DNA from: Fimbriimonadaceae bacterium
Lineage (GTDB): Bacteria > Armatimonadota > UBA10988
Length of the DNA: 64,000 bases
NCBI GenBank assembly: GCA_020850355.1
Contig: JADZEX010000048.1
Coordinates: 13,508 to 77,507 of the forward strand
Reading direction: 5' to 3'
Shown here: piece after piece, positions 9,768 to 19,085 of the stretch
How positions within the stretch are numbered: the first letter of the stretch is position 1
Layout of the letters: each line of letters begins with the position of its first letter
Notes under the pieces: model-generated
The model's input: only the letters and a program-made list of their open reading frames with translations
The model's database searches: none
What the model was told of the DNA's origin: nothing
Made by a program: the position numbers and the translations under genes

Positions 9768-9796
9768 ATGATACCGCATTCGGCCGCCGCGGTCAG
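9768..9796 (-). promoter_or_regulatory. putative sigma70 promoter of the FGE-domain gene (CTGACC-N17-TATCAT)
   Basis: Minus strand reads CTGACC gcggcggccgaatgcgg TATCAT, about 27 nt upstream of ATG 9741, with GGGAG as SD. Confidence 0.3.
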
Positions 9797-9844
9797 CGCC
9801 ACCAGCCCGCCACGGCCCCGCTGAGCGATATTCCTAGTTTCCAG

Positions 9845-9873
9845 TCGACAAAGTCGACATGCTGTCGCACAAT
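9845..9873 (+). promoter_or_regulatory. putative promoter of the sulfite/nitrite reductase gene (TCGACA-N17-CACAAT) overlapping a GTCGAC-AAA-GTCGAC repeat
   Basis: Read directly in the AT-richer divergent intergenic region 9742-9893. The hexamers are only moderate matches. Confidence 0.3.
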
Positions 9874-9893
9874 GGACGTGAAGGATGAGAGCG

Positions 9894-11537
9894 ATGGCGG
9901 CAGGCAGCGGCGGTGTGAGGAAAGAGAGCAAGGCCGAGCGGGTCGAGCGGATCAAGCGCGCCAAGGATGGCCTGCAGGTCTGGCAGGACATCGTGCGCTA
10001 CAGCCGGCTGGGCTGGTCGGCGATCGAACCCGAGGACCTGGAGCTGTTCAAGTGGTTCGGCATCTACCGCCAGAAGCCGAACGAGGGCCACTTGATGCTC
10101 CGGCTGCGGCTGGGCGGGCTGCTGATGGCGCACCAGGCGGCGGTCGTCGCCGACCTGATCGAGCGTTACGCCCGCGGCTACGCCGACATCACCGTCCGCC
10201 AGAACATCCAGCTTCACTGGCTGACCATCGAGGACATCCCCACCATCTTCGCGACTCTCGCCAACGTCGGCATCACCACGGTCGAGGCCTGTGGCGACGT
10301 GCCGCGGACGGTGGTCGGCTGCCCGGTCCACGGGGTCGACCGCCAGGAGCTGATCGACGCCCGCTGGGTCCAGCAGGACGTCGAGCAGCTCTATGTTGGC
10401 AATCCCGAGTTCAGCAACTTGCCGCGCAAGTTCAAGGTCTCGGTCAGCGGCTGCGGCATCCGCTGCGCGCAGCCCGAGATCAACGACATCGGAGTGGCCG
10501 CGGTGCGCCGCGAGCGCGCCGGCGGACGCAGCGAGATCGGCTTCGACATCAGCGTCGGCGGCGGCCTCAGCACGGTGCCCCGGCTGGCGACCCGGCTCGA
10601 GGCGTTCCTGCAGCCGTGGCAGGTGCGGCCTGTCTGCGGGGCGATCGCCGCGATCTTCCGGGAGCACGGCAACCGCAGCAAGCGCACCGCCGCGCGGATG
10701 AAGTTCCTGGTTGAGCAGTGGGGCGGCGAGCGGTACCTCGACGAGCTGCAAGACCGCCTGCCGTTCCGCCTCGACCGCGACGTGCCCCCGCTGCCGGCGC
10801 TGCCCGACGAGCGTGACCACCTCGGCATCCACGCCCAGCCGCAGGACGGCCTGCATTACCTCGGTCTGGCGACGCGCCTCGGGCGCATCACCGCGACCCA
10901 ACTGCGCGAGGTCGCCGACCTCGCGGCGACCCACGGCGACAGCACCGTGCGGCTGACCCACAACCAGAATCTGATCCTGTCGGGCGTCCCGACGGCCCAG
11001 GTCGACGCGGTCGCCCGCCGCGCCGCCGATGTCCTGCTGCCGGCCGACGCAGACGTCTGGCAGCGCAACTTCGTGGCCTGCACCGGCGCCCAGTTCTGCA
11101 ACCTGGCCGTGACCGCCACCAAAGAAGCCCCGGGCGACCCGAGCCCGGCCGAGGACGCCCTGCGGCGCCTGCAGCAGGAGCTGGCCGGATTCCGTCGCTT
11201 CGTGCGGATCAACTACAACGGCTGTCCGAACTCCTGCGGTCAGCACTGGGTCGCCGACATCGGGCTGCAGGGCGTGCTGTTGAAGGACCCCGCGGGCGAG
11301 CCGGTCGAAGGCGCGCTAGTCACCATCGGCGGCCAGCTCGGCAGCGCCAGCGCCTTCGGTCGCAACATCGCCGTCCGCCTGCCGCTGACCGCCATCCCCG
11401 ACGCCCTGGTGCGGGTCTTCGGCTACTACGACCAGCACGCCGCCCCCGACGAGAACTTCCGCCTGTTCTGCGAACGCGTCGGCGACGAGCCGATCGCCGC
11501 CCAGTTACGCGGAGAGTCGCCGCCCGCGGCGGACTGA
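9894..11537 (+). CDS. ferredoxin-dependent sulfite/nitrite reductase (siroheme + 4Fe-4S; Sir/NirA family)
   Basis: Has RQNIQLHW and GDVPRTVVGCP, and the Cys cluster CTGAQFC...GCPNSC (C-x5-C...C-x3-C). Start is ATG 9894 (AAGGA 8 nt upstream) or the in-frame ATG at 9885. Confidence 0.9.
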   Translation: MAAGSGGVRKESKAERVERIKRAKDGLQVWQDIVRYSRLGWSAIEPEDLELFKWFGIYRQKPNEGHLMLRLRLGGLLMAHQAAVVADLIERYARGYADITVRQNIQLHWLTIEDIPTIFATLANVGITTVEACGDVPRTVVGCPVHGVDRQELIDARWVQQDVEQLYVGNPEFSNLPRKFKVSVSGCGIRCAQPEINDIGVAAVRRERAGGRSEIGFDISVGGGLSTVPRLATRLEAFLQPWQVRPVCGAIAAIFREHGNRSKRTAARMKFLVEQWGGERYLDELQDRLPFRLDRDVPPLPALPDERDHLGIHAQPQDGLHYLGLATRLGRITATQLREVADLAATHGDSTVRLTHNQNLILSGVPTAQVDAVARRAADVLLPADADVWQRNFVACTGAQFCNLAVTATKEAPGDPSPAEDALRRLQQELAGFRRFVRINYNGCPNSCGQHWVADIGLQGVLLKDPAGEPVEGALVTIGGQLGSASAFGRNIAVRLPLTAIPDALVRVFGYYDQHAAPDENFRLFCERVGDEPIAAQLRGESPPAAD

Positions 11538-11605
11538 GCGGAGGAGCCCCGCAAGCGCACGCTGCCCGCCGGGGCCGCGTCGCCGACTCTTTGCGTCCCC
11601 CGTGG

Positions 11606-14380
11606 TCACTGCCCCTTCGGGCGGTAGACCACCTTGTACTCCCGGCCGTTCGTGCGCGGGTCGGTATTGTCGCTGGCGCTGAACCAGACGCGGGTCGAGC
11701 CCCAGTGGCTGTAGCGGCCCAGGCCGATCTTGCGGATGTCGACATGCGGCGCGTGGGCCGGGCCGAGGGGCTGGCCGTTCTCGAGCAGCACCAGCTCGCT
11801 GAACCCGCCCGCGACGTCGCTCGGGGCGCCGTGCTCCATCGTGATGGTGAAGGCAAAGCCGAACTCCGGTCCGATGCGGCCCGGTGGGATCACTTCCTCG
11901 AACGGCTCGGCGGCATTCTGGACACGCTTGTACGACCAGACCGCCGTCTCGTCCAGCCCAGCCTGCTGCAGCGCGGCGATGGCGTAAGGGAAGCTGCAGA
12001 GCTGGTGGATGCCCAGGATGTAGACATTGTTGACGCCCCAGGCGCGGGCGATTTCGACAACCTGGCCGAAGTCGGAGGTGCGGAGCTGGTCCAGCAGATC
12101 GGGCGCCACAGCGACCTTCGGCGGCACCGCGGTGCGTTGCAGCAGGCCGAGCAGCATGTTCAGGTACCGGCGCTCGCCGGTCGCCAGGTAGGCCTGCGCG
12201 TTGAGGGTGATCGGCAGGTAGCCAGCGTCCTGCCAACTGCTCGTGAAGACCGGCTCACGGAAGTCCATCGCCCGCAGCACGGCGGCTTGCAGCGCCTTGG
12301 TGTCGGCCGGCGGGGCGCACTCCAGGTAGGCGAGCAGACTGGCCGAGGTGTTCGAGACGAAGCGGAAGTGCTGGTCGGTGACGAACGGCCACCGCCGGTC
12401 GGCCGCCACGTTCAGTTCGGCGGCCACCAGGCCGTCGGCGGCCTGCTTCAGTTTGGCGTCGCCGGTCAGCTCCCAGGCGCGGATCAGCCCACCGATGCGG
12501 TCCTCATTCTCGCCGCCGTCGCCATCGAGATGAAGCTGCGTGTACTCGCCAATCACGTCGAGCGTGCGCTCGTCGCCAGTCAGGCAGTAGTAGTCGATGG
12601 CGCCGTGAGTCGCCGTGCCATAGCCGCGCACCCCGTTGCCCCAATGCTGTTGGTCATGGCGATGCCCACCGCCGACATAGCGCGGATTGGCGGCGCACCA
12701 ATGGCAGGTGTCAACCTCGGTGACGTGCCGGCACATCGCCTCGGCCAGCCGGAACTGCAGCGCGTCACCGGTCCGTAGGGCTTGCAGGAACAGACTGTGG
12801 GTCAAGGTGCCGTCGTTGCAGAGCCAACCGGCATAGCCTCGGCTGCCCCAGCTTTGGGGCGCCTGGTAGCCATAGTGAGTCGGCGCTTCGTAGCCCAGGA
12901 AGAGGGTGTCACCATAGTCAATCTGGCCATCCCATCGGAAGGCCTGCTGGTTGCGCCGAATCCACTCGACGCCGACCGTGTTGTAGCCCTCCAACCGCGG
13001 GTAGCGCTGCGGATCGGCCGGGGTCAGCGGTCCCAAGACGCGCGTCGCAGCGTACTGGGCAGGGGGACACTCCAGCCGCAGGGGATCGTTGAGGTCGGCC
13101 TGCAGCCGCGCCACGGGGTCGGCCTCGGGCGCATCGTACTGGACGCTGAGCTCGTTGGTCAGCCCAACCCCTTCGCCGCCGTACTCCCAGAGGCTGAGGT
13201 CGTAATGGTAGACGTTGTCGATCTCGTCACTGCGGCGGCGCAGGTCGAGCACCTGATTGCCGGCCTCGGGCCACAGATAGCAGGTCACCGCATCCGGTGC
13301 GACGCGGGTCTGCTTCGGATTCAGCCGCGCGTAGTCGCGCAGCCCGACCGTCAGACTTCCGGCGGCGTCGCGCACCTGGCCCCAGCCGGCCGGTTCGGCC
13401 CCGGCCGCCAGCTCGCGCCCGTCCTGCGTGATGCGGTAGCGCACCGCCTTGTCCTGCGTGAACGGCGCCAGGTGGTACAGCTTCGCGGGGCCAATCGCCG
13501 CCAGGTCGACTGGCGTGCCGACCGCCGTGAACTCCCCCTGGTGCGGTCGCTCGCCGCCGACCGCCCACCGCGCCGCCCCCGCCGTCTGCCGGGGAAAGGT
13601 CAGCGCCAGGCTGCGCAGGAAGTCCTCCTTCGGCCGGCCGGCGTAGACCAGGTTGACGACCAGCCGCAGCTCCGGCCGACCGGCGGTGAGGTAACTGCGC
13701 AGACTGTACCGCAGCAGCCGGCGGCCCGCGGCGTTGACCAGCCAGCCGGTCTGCCTCACCACCACCCGCAGCGGGTCGGCGTGTTCGACCGCCAGGGCCG
13801 GCTCACCCGCGACGCCCGGGGCGAAGCGCTCCCGTGGCCCGCCGGCGGCCTGGCGCTGCCAGTTCTCCTCGTCGGGCGGTCCCGGCGGGGTGTGCTCAAC
13901 CTCAGCCGCCAGACTCGCTTCCGCGGCCGCCGCCACGATCCACTGGCCGCCGACCAGCCGTTCGACGCGCGCCGGGCCAGCGAAGGCGTCGCGACGGAAG
14001 GTCCATCGCCCGACACCGTTCGCAACGGTCAGCCCGGCGGGCGTCTCGCTGACCTCGATGGCGTTCGCCGGTGGGTCAGCCCTGCCCGGCACCACTCGCA
14101 ACGCGACGCGACCGCTGGCGGGCAGGTCCACCAGCGTGTCGACCAGCAGCCACTTGACCGACCCGTCGTACCACTTCGCCAACGGTCGACTGGCGGTCGG
14201 CCGCGCCTGGTTACCGGCCGTGACGGTGACGGCGGTCCCGGCCGGCAGTTCCCCCCGCCCGAACGGCACCCCACCCCGCACCACCGCCCCCGGCCGGGCC
14301 ACGCCCGCCGCGTCGCGCACCAGGACCTCCACCCCCGCCGTCGGCGCGAGCAGCAAGAGGGCAGTCAGGCAGGCCGGCAT
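11606..14380 (-). CDS. 925-aa secreted multidomain protein, tentatively PcRGLX/PL26-like (exo-rhamnogalacturonan-lyase-like)
   Basis: ORF 11606..14755 trimmed to ATG 14380 (signal MPACLTALLLLAPTAG). The N-terminal VVRGGVPFGRGELP...KWYDGSVKWLLVD resembles, from memory, the RIFT-barrel start of PcRGLX-like proteins. The CDS is solid; the product is tentative. Confidence 0.6.
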   Translation of the reverse strand: MPACLTALLLLAPTAGVEVLVRDAAGVARPGAVVRGGVPFGRGELPAGTAVTVTAGNQARPTASRPLAKWYDGSVKWLLVDTLVDLPASGRVALRVVPGRADPPANAIEVSETPAGLTVANGVGRWTFRRDAFAGPARVERLVGGQWIVAAAAEASLAAEVEHTPPGPPDEENWQRQAAGGPRERFAPGVAGEPALAVEHADPLRVVVRQTGWLVNAAGRRLLRYSLRSYLTAGRPELRLVVNLVYAGRPKEDFLRSLALTFPRQTAGAARWAVGGERPHQGEFTAVGTPVDLAAIGPAKLYHLAPFTQDKAVRYRITQDGRELAAGAEPAGWGQVRDAAGSLTVGLRDYARLNPKQTRVAPDAVTCYLWPEAGNQVLDLRRRSDEIDNVYHYDLSLWEYGGEGVGLTNELSVQYDAPEADPVARLQADLNDPLRLECPPAQYAATRVLGPLTPADPQRYPRLEGYNTVGVEWIRRNQQAFRWDGQIDYGDTLFLGYEAPTHYGYQAPQSWGSRGYAGWLCNDGTLTHSLFLQALRTGDALQFRLAEAMCRHVTEVDTCHWCAANPRYVGGGHRHDQQHWGNGVRGYGTATHGAIDYYCLTGDERTLDVIGEYTQLHLDGDGGENEDRIGGLIRAWELTGDAKLKQAADGLVAAELNVAADRRWPFVTDQHFRFVSNTSASLLAYLECAPPADTKALQAAVLRAMDFREPVFTSSWQDAGYLPITLNAQAYLATGERRYLNMLLGLLQRTAVPPKVAVAPDLLDQLRTSDFGQVVEIARAWGVNNVYILGIHQLCSFPYAIAALQQAGLDETAVWSYKRVQNAAEPFEEVIPPGRIGPEFGFAFTITMEHGAPSDVAGGFSELVLLENGQPLGPAHAPHVDIRKIGLGRYSHWGSTRVWFSASDNTDPRTNGREYKVVYRPKGQ

Positions 14381-14474
14381 GGCAGTCTCCGGGAGCGGCC
14401 TTCGGCAGGCCGCGCGCGAATCATGCTGCCGCTCCATGCCTATCCGGCCGCCGCCCGACGACGAGTCGACGTAG

Positions 14475-14819
14475 TCGATCAGCTGTGCTACCTGCCCGCC
14501 CGAGGGGATCGGGTGTTCCGGGGTCTGCGAACGCGACTCCCCTTCGTTTCTGTGGTTGGTGAGCGCGAACCGCGGGCTGAACGACCCCGACGATCCCGCC
14601 CAGCCCAGTTGGGGTGGCCAGTCTGTCAGAGACGGTGACACGATGCACTTCATTGATGGGCCGGGCGGCGCCAGCATCGCCAAGTGGCGACAGCAGTTCC
14701 AGGAGGAGTTCAGAGAGCACGCTGACTGGTGCCTTGGGACCGACCACCAGGCCACTCGATGTGGCGAGTTGGTTCGCGCCGCGCTTCATGTCTGTCAACT
14801 GCTGCCACTCGGCCCCGCA
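14475..14819 (+). pseudogene. remnant (~110 codons) of a DUF1593 / nucleoside-hydrolase-like (Sde182-type) gene
   Basis: Plus frame 3 after TAG 14472-14474 reads ERDSPSFLWLVSANRGLNDPDDPAQPSWGG...ASIAKWRQQFQEEFREHADWC, with about 80% GC3 by hand count. From memory this matches the EGDSPSFL..NGLNDPE.P.WGGWGGR...RWR..FQ.DF..RMDWC core of DUF1593 proteins. There is no start codon and neither flanking domain. Confidence 0.4.
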
Positions 14820-16448
14820 TCACCCCACCACCCCGCGTGGCAGCGGATGGCCGGGGAGGTCGCCGTCGAGCAGGATGCGGCGGAAGTTCTCGCCCAGGAT
14901 CTGCCGCTTGATCGGCTCGGGCAGCCGGGTGAAGACGACCCAGCCGAGCTGCGGGCGGGGATCCCGCATCGGGGCGTCGGTGCCATAGAGCACCCGGTCG
15001 GGGCCGAGGGCGTCGACCAGGTACTCGACGACGCCGTTGGTGACCGGTGTGAGCGTCAGCTCGGCGTAGATATTGGGCACCTGCGTGGCGACGCTGATGA
15101 CCTGGTCGGCGAAGGCGTAGCTGCCGCCGGAGTGGGCGATCAGGCAGTGCAGGTGGGGGTAGCGGCGAGCGATGTCGAGCACCGCCTGGACGCCGCCGAC
15201 GCTGATGTGGAACAGCCCGTAGAGCCGGTGGCGGTGGCCGAACTCCCACCATTGGTCGAAGCTGGGGTGGTTGTAGGGGATCACCGTCCGCTGGTAGGGC
15301 TTCAGGCCGCGGAAGCCTCGGCCGAGGTGGTAATGCTCGATTGACTGCTGCATCTCGGCCGGCGACTGGTGCGTCGGATTGAGGGTCAGCAGGCCGAACA
15401 GCTCGTCGGGCGCCTGGGCCACGGCCGCGGCGGTGACCTCGTTGCCGGCCGCGGCGTCCATGCTGACGGTTCCGTTCCAGCTCATCAAGGCCGTGGCGGC
15501 GATGCCCATCCGGCGGGCGATCTCCAGCAGCCCGGCAGCATCGCCGCGGACCATCGCGTAGTGCTCGCCGGCGTAGTGCCCGCCGTCATGCAGCACGTGG
15601 CAGTGCGCGTCCAGCAGGTGGCAGGGCAACGGCTGCCCGGCGCGTTGGGCGGCGGTCAGCACGTCGTGCCAGTCGCCCGGCGGTGGCGGCGCGGTGGGGC
15701 CGCTGCCCAGCAGGCGGGTCAGGTTGCCGGCGGCGACCTGCTGCGCGGCAGCCGGGTCGCCCAGGTGGAAGTCGAGGAAGGCCCGTGCGGCGCCGGGAGC
15801 CTTCTGGGGCTGACCGGTGCCGAACAGGCAGCGCTGGTAGCCGTAGCGCTGGCCAAAGTAGTCGATCGCCCGGTTGGCCTGAAAGGCCGAGAACTCCAGG
15901 TGCAGATTGGGGTGCAGGTCCAGCAGCAACTGCACCTCGCGCCATTGCGACCAGACCTGGTCCAGCAAGATCACCGGGCTGGCGGCGAAGAAGGTCAGCA
16001 GCCGGCTGGCCGCCTCCCAGCCGCCCAGCTCGCCGTAGCTCACCAGGAGCGGAATCTGCTCCGCCGCGAAGCCCTCGGCGAGGGGCCGCCAAAGGGACTC
16101 GTGGAGCGGCAGGCCGCACGACTTCGGGTAGGTGACAGCCGCCCGGACACCCTCGTCGCGCAGCATCTGCAGCAGCTCCGGCGCGGCCGGGAAGTCGCCG
16201 ACCAGGGGTGGGACGACGGCCCAGCAGGGGTGCAGCCGGTCGCGGTGCGGGGCGATCTCGCGGAGCAGCCGCCGATTGCCGTGCAACGGGTCGTAGTACT
16301 GCGCCTGGCTATGCCGCACCAGCGCCGCGGCGATCCCAGCGAGGTCGCAGTCGTCCAGCAGATGCTGCAACGACCAGCGCTCCTGCATCGGCTTCAGCGG
16401 CCGGGCGCCGAACTGGGCGTGGACATCGAAGTAGACCAGCTCTGCCAT
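14820..16448 (-). CDS. two-domain amidohydrolase-2-like (TIM-barrel metal hydrolase) protein
   Basis: ORF trimmed to ATG 16448 (MAELVYFDVHAQ). The second half begins LLDAHCHVLHDG (HxH metal motif) and ends VLYGTDAP. The first half has only DVHAQ. Confidence 0.8.
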   Translation of the reverse strand: MAELVYFDVHAQFGARPLKPMQERWSLQHLLDDCDLAGIAAALVRHSQAQYYDPLHGNRRLLREIAPHRDRLHPCWAVVPPLVGDFPAAPELLQMLRDEGVRAAVTYPKSCGLPLHESLWRPLAEGFAAEQIPLLVSYGELGGWEAASRLLTFFAASPVILLDQVWSQWREVQLLLDLHPNLHLEFSAFQANRAIDYFGQRYGYQRCLFGTGQPQKAPGAARAFLDFHLGDPAAAQQVAAGNLTRLLGSGPTAPPPPGDWHDVLTAAQRAGQPLPCHLLDAHCHVLHDGGHYAGEHYAMVRGDAAGLLEIARRMGIAATALMSWNGTVSMDAAAGNEVTAAAVAQAPDELFGLLTLNPTHQSPAEMQQSIEHYHLGRGFRGLKPYQRTVIPYNHPSFDQWWEFGHRHRLYGLFHISVGGVQAVLDIARRYPHLHCLIAHSGGSYAFADQVISVATQVPNIYAELTLTPVTNGVVEYLVDALGPDRVLYGTDAPMRDPRPQLGWVVFTRLPEPIKRQILGENFRRILLDGDLPGHPLPRGVVG

Positions 16449-16458
16449 CAGACCATCC

Positions 16459-18963
16459 TCAGTGCGGGATACCGTGTTGGTGCAGGCGGCGGTGGAGCAG
16501 CTCGCGCGCCTCATGGAAGGGCTCCGAGAGCCACTCGACATGGTCGTGGTGGTGATGCGGATGGGTCACCCGGGCGTGGTCCTCGGCATACTGCCGGCTG
16601 TGCTGCCGGATGTACTCCAAGCTGCCATCGACCAGCGTCAGGAGGTACTGCATGGTCGGCGCGTCGAACAGCTCCCAGGCGCCGCCGACCGCCAGGTAGA
16701 CCGGCGAGGTATGCGCCTGCACCCCGCGCCGCCAGCCATCATGGTGCAGCAGGTAGCCGCTGACATCGTCCTCACCGACCCTCGCCGCGAGCCAGGTGTG
16801 GGCGTCAATCGGCAACTCGCAGCGGAGTTCGAGCCGCCGGGCGCCGGCCGCGTCGCGCACTTCGGCGACGACCTGGCCCTGCCGCACGATCTGCAGGCAA
16901 TGCAGCGGGAAGATGCTGCTGGCGACGGCCTCGACGGTCACCCGGCCGCCGTTGCCCGGTAGCGTCACCGTGGCCCCGGGCATCTGCCCCTCCACGGTGA
17001 AGCTCAGCAGCGGCCCCCCGCTCAGGAAGGTGTTGCCGCTGCGCAGGCCGCGGCACCAGGCGTCGTAGGTGAACTCCTGGTCGTCCGGCAACCAGACGTA
17101 CGTGCGGTAGAGCCCGACCGGCACGTCCTGGGTCATCTTGTCGGTGCCCCCGGCCAGCGGCAGGCGGTAGCCGGCGTTCAGGTAGCGGTAGTACTCCTGG
17201 CGGGTGTACGCGGCGTGAGTCAGCCACTCGACGGCGTCGACGCGGCCGGTGGTGATCAGCGCGGCGGGCTCGCCGTTGGGGTTGGGAATGTGCGGCAGGA
17301 CGACGGTGCCGCCCTGGGCATGGCAGGCGTCGGCCCAGCGACAGAGCGTGGTCTCGAGGTTGTCCCCGACGAAGCTCTCGCTGGGGCCGTCGCTGCACCA
17401 GGGCATGATCGGCCGCTTCTGACCCAGCAGCGTGAGGTGCCCCAGCAGGTGCTGGCGGTTCTCCTGCGCGGCGTAGACAATCGTCTTCTGCCCGGCCCGC
17501 ACGCTCGCCTCGCCGGTGAACTCCTCGGTGTTCGTGAAGAGGTGGCCCCACTGGCTCTGCAGCAGGTTGACCACGTTGAGCCCCTCGCCGGCCGCCTCCA
17601 GGTGCGCGCCCTGGGTCGACAGGAAGTGGACGTGGGTGTCACCCGACCAGTAGCCGCGCTCGTTGAGGTCGGCGACGCGTTGCAGCCGCAGCTCGAGCTC
17701 GCGCTGGCCGGGCTGGATGGTCACCCGGGTCCGCAGCGGCTGGTACTCGTAGCCGCGCGCAACGTCGACGATGACCTCGCCGCGGGGCAGCCAGCCCTGG
17801 CAGGTGCCGTCGATGTAGGCGTAGGTGATCTGCCCCAGCCGCAGGTCGCCGCCGATGTCGCTGTGCCAACTGCCGATGTTGCCGCAGGCGTAGGTGTGGT
17901 GGCCGTGCGGCTGGTAGGGAATCCCGGCGGGCGAACGGAAGTGGACGCGACACGGCAAGGTCTCGCCGCTCTCGGCGTCGACCACCCGCGTGTGGACCCA
18001 GTTGCGGCCGTCCTCGGCCAGCCGCACCCGCACCGCGCCGGCGGTGGCGCCGCCCGCGGCCACCTCGCGCCAGGTGACGCGGCCGAGCACGGTGTCGGCG
18101 TGGCGGACGGTGATCGTCGCGGAGTCGCTGGCCTGGATGTTGGCCGTCGCCGGCAGCGCCTGCGGGTTCTGGCCCTCCCCCCAGCCGGCCTGCGGATCGG
18201 CGGTGAAGTCCGCGGCAGGCGCCGTTGGGAGCGCCTGCGGATAGGTCGCAGCGCCGCGGTCGACGGCCAACGAGAGCTGCCCCGGCCGGGCCACCTGATC
18301 GGTGGCCTCGATCACCACCGGCAGCGCGGCGACCCGCGGGACGGGATCCTCGTCCAGGCAACTGACGGTCAGGCCGCCGATCACCAGCGGCAGCTCGCCC
18401 GGCAGCACCTCCAGCGCGCTGACCACGGCGCCGGGTTGCGGCGGCGTCCAGACCCACAAATAGAAGTGCCAGGCGGCCGCCTGCACGGCCTCGGTCAGCC
18501 GGAAGCCGATGCCGCTGTAGGGTCCACTGTCGCGGCTGGGGGTGTCGTCGGGATGGTCGGGATGCGCCAAGAACGGGTACTGGCCCCACGGCGGCTGCGG
18601 CACGGCGATCTCGAAGCGCTCGCGGATCGGCACCTCGACGGCCTCGCCGGTGGCGAGGTGGAAGCGGTAGGTGGCCGCCAGCACCCCGAGCGGGCCGCCC
18701 TGTTCGAGGTCGGAATGGAGCAGGCTGTGCAGCACGATCACCCGGCGGGCAGCCCGCTCGATCGGCAGGCGCACGGCGCTGGTGCGGTGGCCTGGCCCGA
18801 GCGCCAGCAGCCGCGGTCCGGCGGCCTGCGGGTCGGCTGCACCGATCCGAAAGGGCAGCCCGCGCAGGTGCACGTCGCCGGCCGGCGCCGCCGGGTGCCG
18901 GGGCAGCAGATCGAGGCCAGCGTTGAGGTGATCGTCGAGCGACAGGGCTTCATAGTCCACCAC
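16459..18963 (-). CDS. CehA/McbA-like (PHP-type) metallohydrolase with ~380-aa N-terminal extension
   Basis: YWSGDTHVHF and VVLPHIPNPNG are typical of CehA/McbA-family metal hydrolases. His-rich THPHHHHDH lies near the C-terminus. GTG start with AGGAG upstream. The stop lies 10 bp from the next gene. Confidence 0.75.
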   Translation of the reverse strand: MVDYEALSLDDHLNAGLDLLPRHPAAPAGDVHLRGLPFRIGAADPQAAGPRLLALGPGHRTSAVRLPIERAARRVIVLHSLLHSDLEQGGPLGVLAATYRFHLATGEAVEVPIRERFEIAVPQPPWGQYPFLAHPDHPDDTPSRDSGPYSGIGFRLTEAVQAAAWHFYLWVWTPPQPGAVVSALEVLPGELPLVIGGLTVSCLDEDPVPRVAALPVVIEATDQVARPGQLSLAVDRGAATYPQALPTAPAADFTADPQAGWGEGQNPQALPATANIQASDSATITVRHADTVLGRVTWREVAAGGATAGAVRVRLAEDGRNWVHTRVVDAESGETLPCRVHFRSPAGIPYQPHGHHTYACGNIGSWHSDIGGDLRLGQITYAYIDGTCQGWLPRGEVIVDVARGYEYQPLRTRVTIQPGQRELELRLQRVADLNERGYWSGDTHVHFLSTQGAHLEAAGEGLNVVNLLQSQWGHLFTNTEEFTGEASVRAGQKTIVYAAQENRQHLLGHLTLLGQKRPIMPWCSDGPSESFVGDNLETTLCRWADACHAQGGTVVLPHIPNPNGEPAALITTGRVDAVEWLTHAAYTRQEYYRYLNAGYRLPLAGGTDKMTQDVPVGLYRTYVWLPDDQEFTYDAWCRGLRSGNTFLSGGPLLSFTVEGQMPGATVTLPGNGGRVTVEAVASSIFPLHCLQIVRQGQVVAEVRDAAGARRLELRCELPIDAHTWLAARVGEDDVSGYLLHHDGWRRGVQAHTSPVYLAVGGAWELFDAPTMQYLLTLVDGSLEYIRQHSRQYAEDHARVTHPHHHHDHVEWLSEPFHEARELLHRRLHQHGIPH

Positions 18964-19029
18964 ACGGCTCCTACGACGGAGGCCCGTTCGGCAGCCTGGC
19001 GCCGGATCCTGCGGGTCACGCCGGCCGCG

Positions 19030-19059
19030 TTGACAGCGGGCGACCCGCGCACCTAGAAT
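19030..19059 (+). promoter_or_regulatory. sigma70 promoter TTGACA-N18-TAGAAT for the UVR-domain gene
   Basis: Read directly as cgcgTTGACAgcgggcgacccgcgcaccTAGAATcagg, followed by GGAGAGAGG (SD) and ATG 19086. Confidence 0.55.
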
Positions 19060-19085
19060 CAGGGGACAGCGCCGGAGAGAGGCCG

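Noticed and set aside
14421-14798. A 125-aa minus-strand ORF (MTDMKRGANQLATSSG...) in the spacer upstream of the lyase-like gene.
   Set aside because: It has no motif. The opposite strand in the same place carries a frame with recognisable DUF1593-like sequence and better third-position GC, so this ORF is most likely the antisense shadow of the gene remnant.
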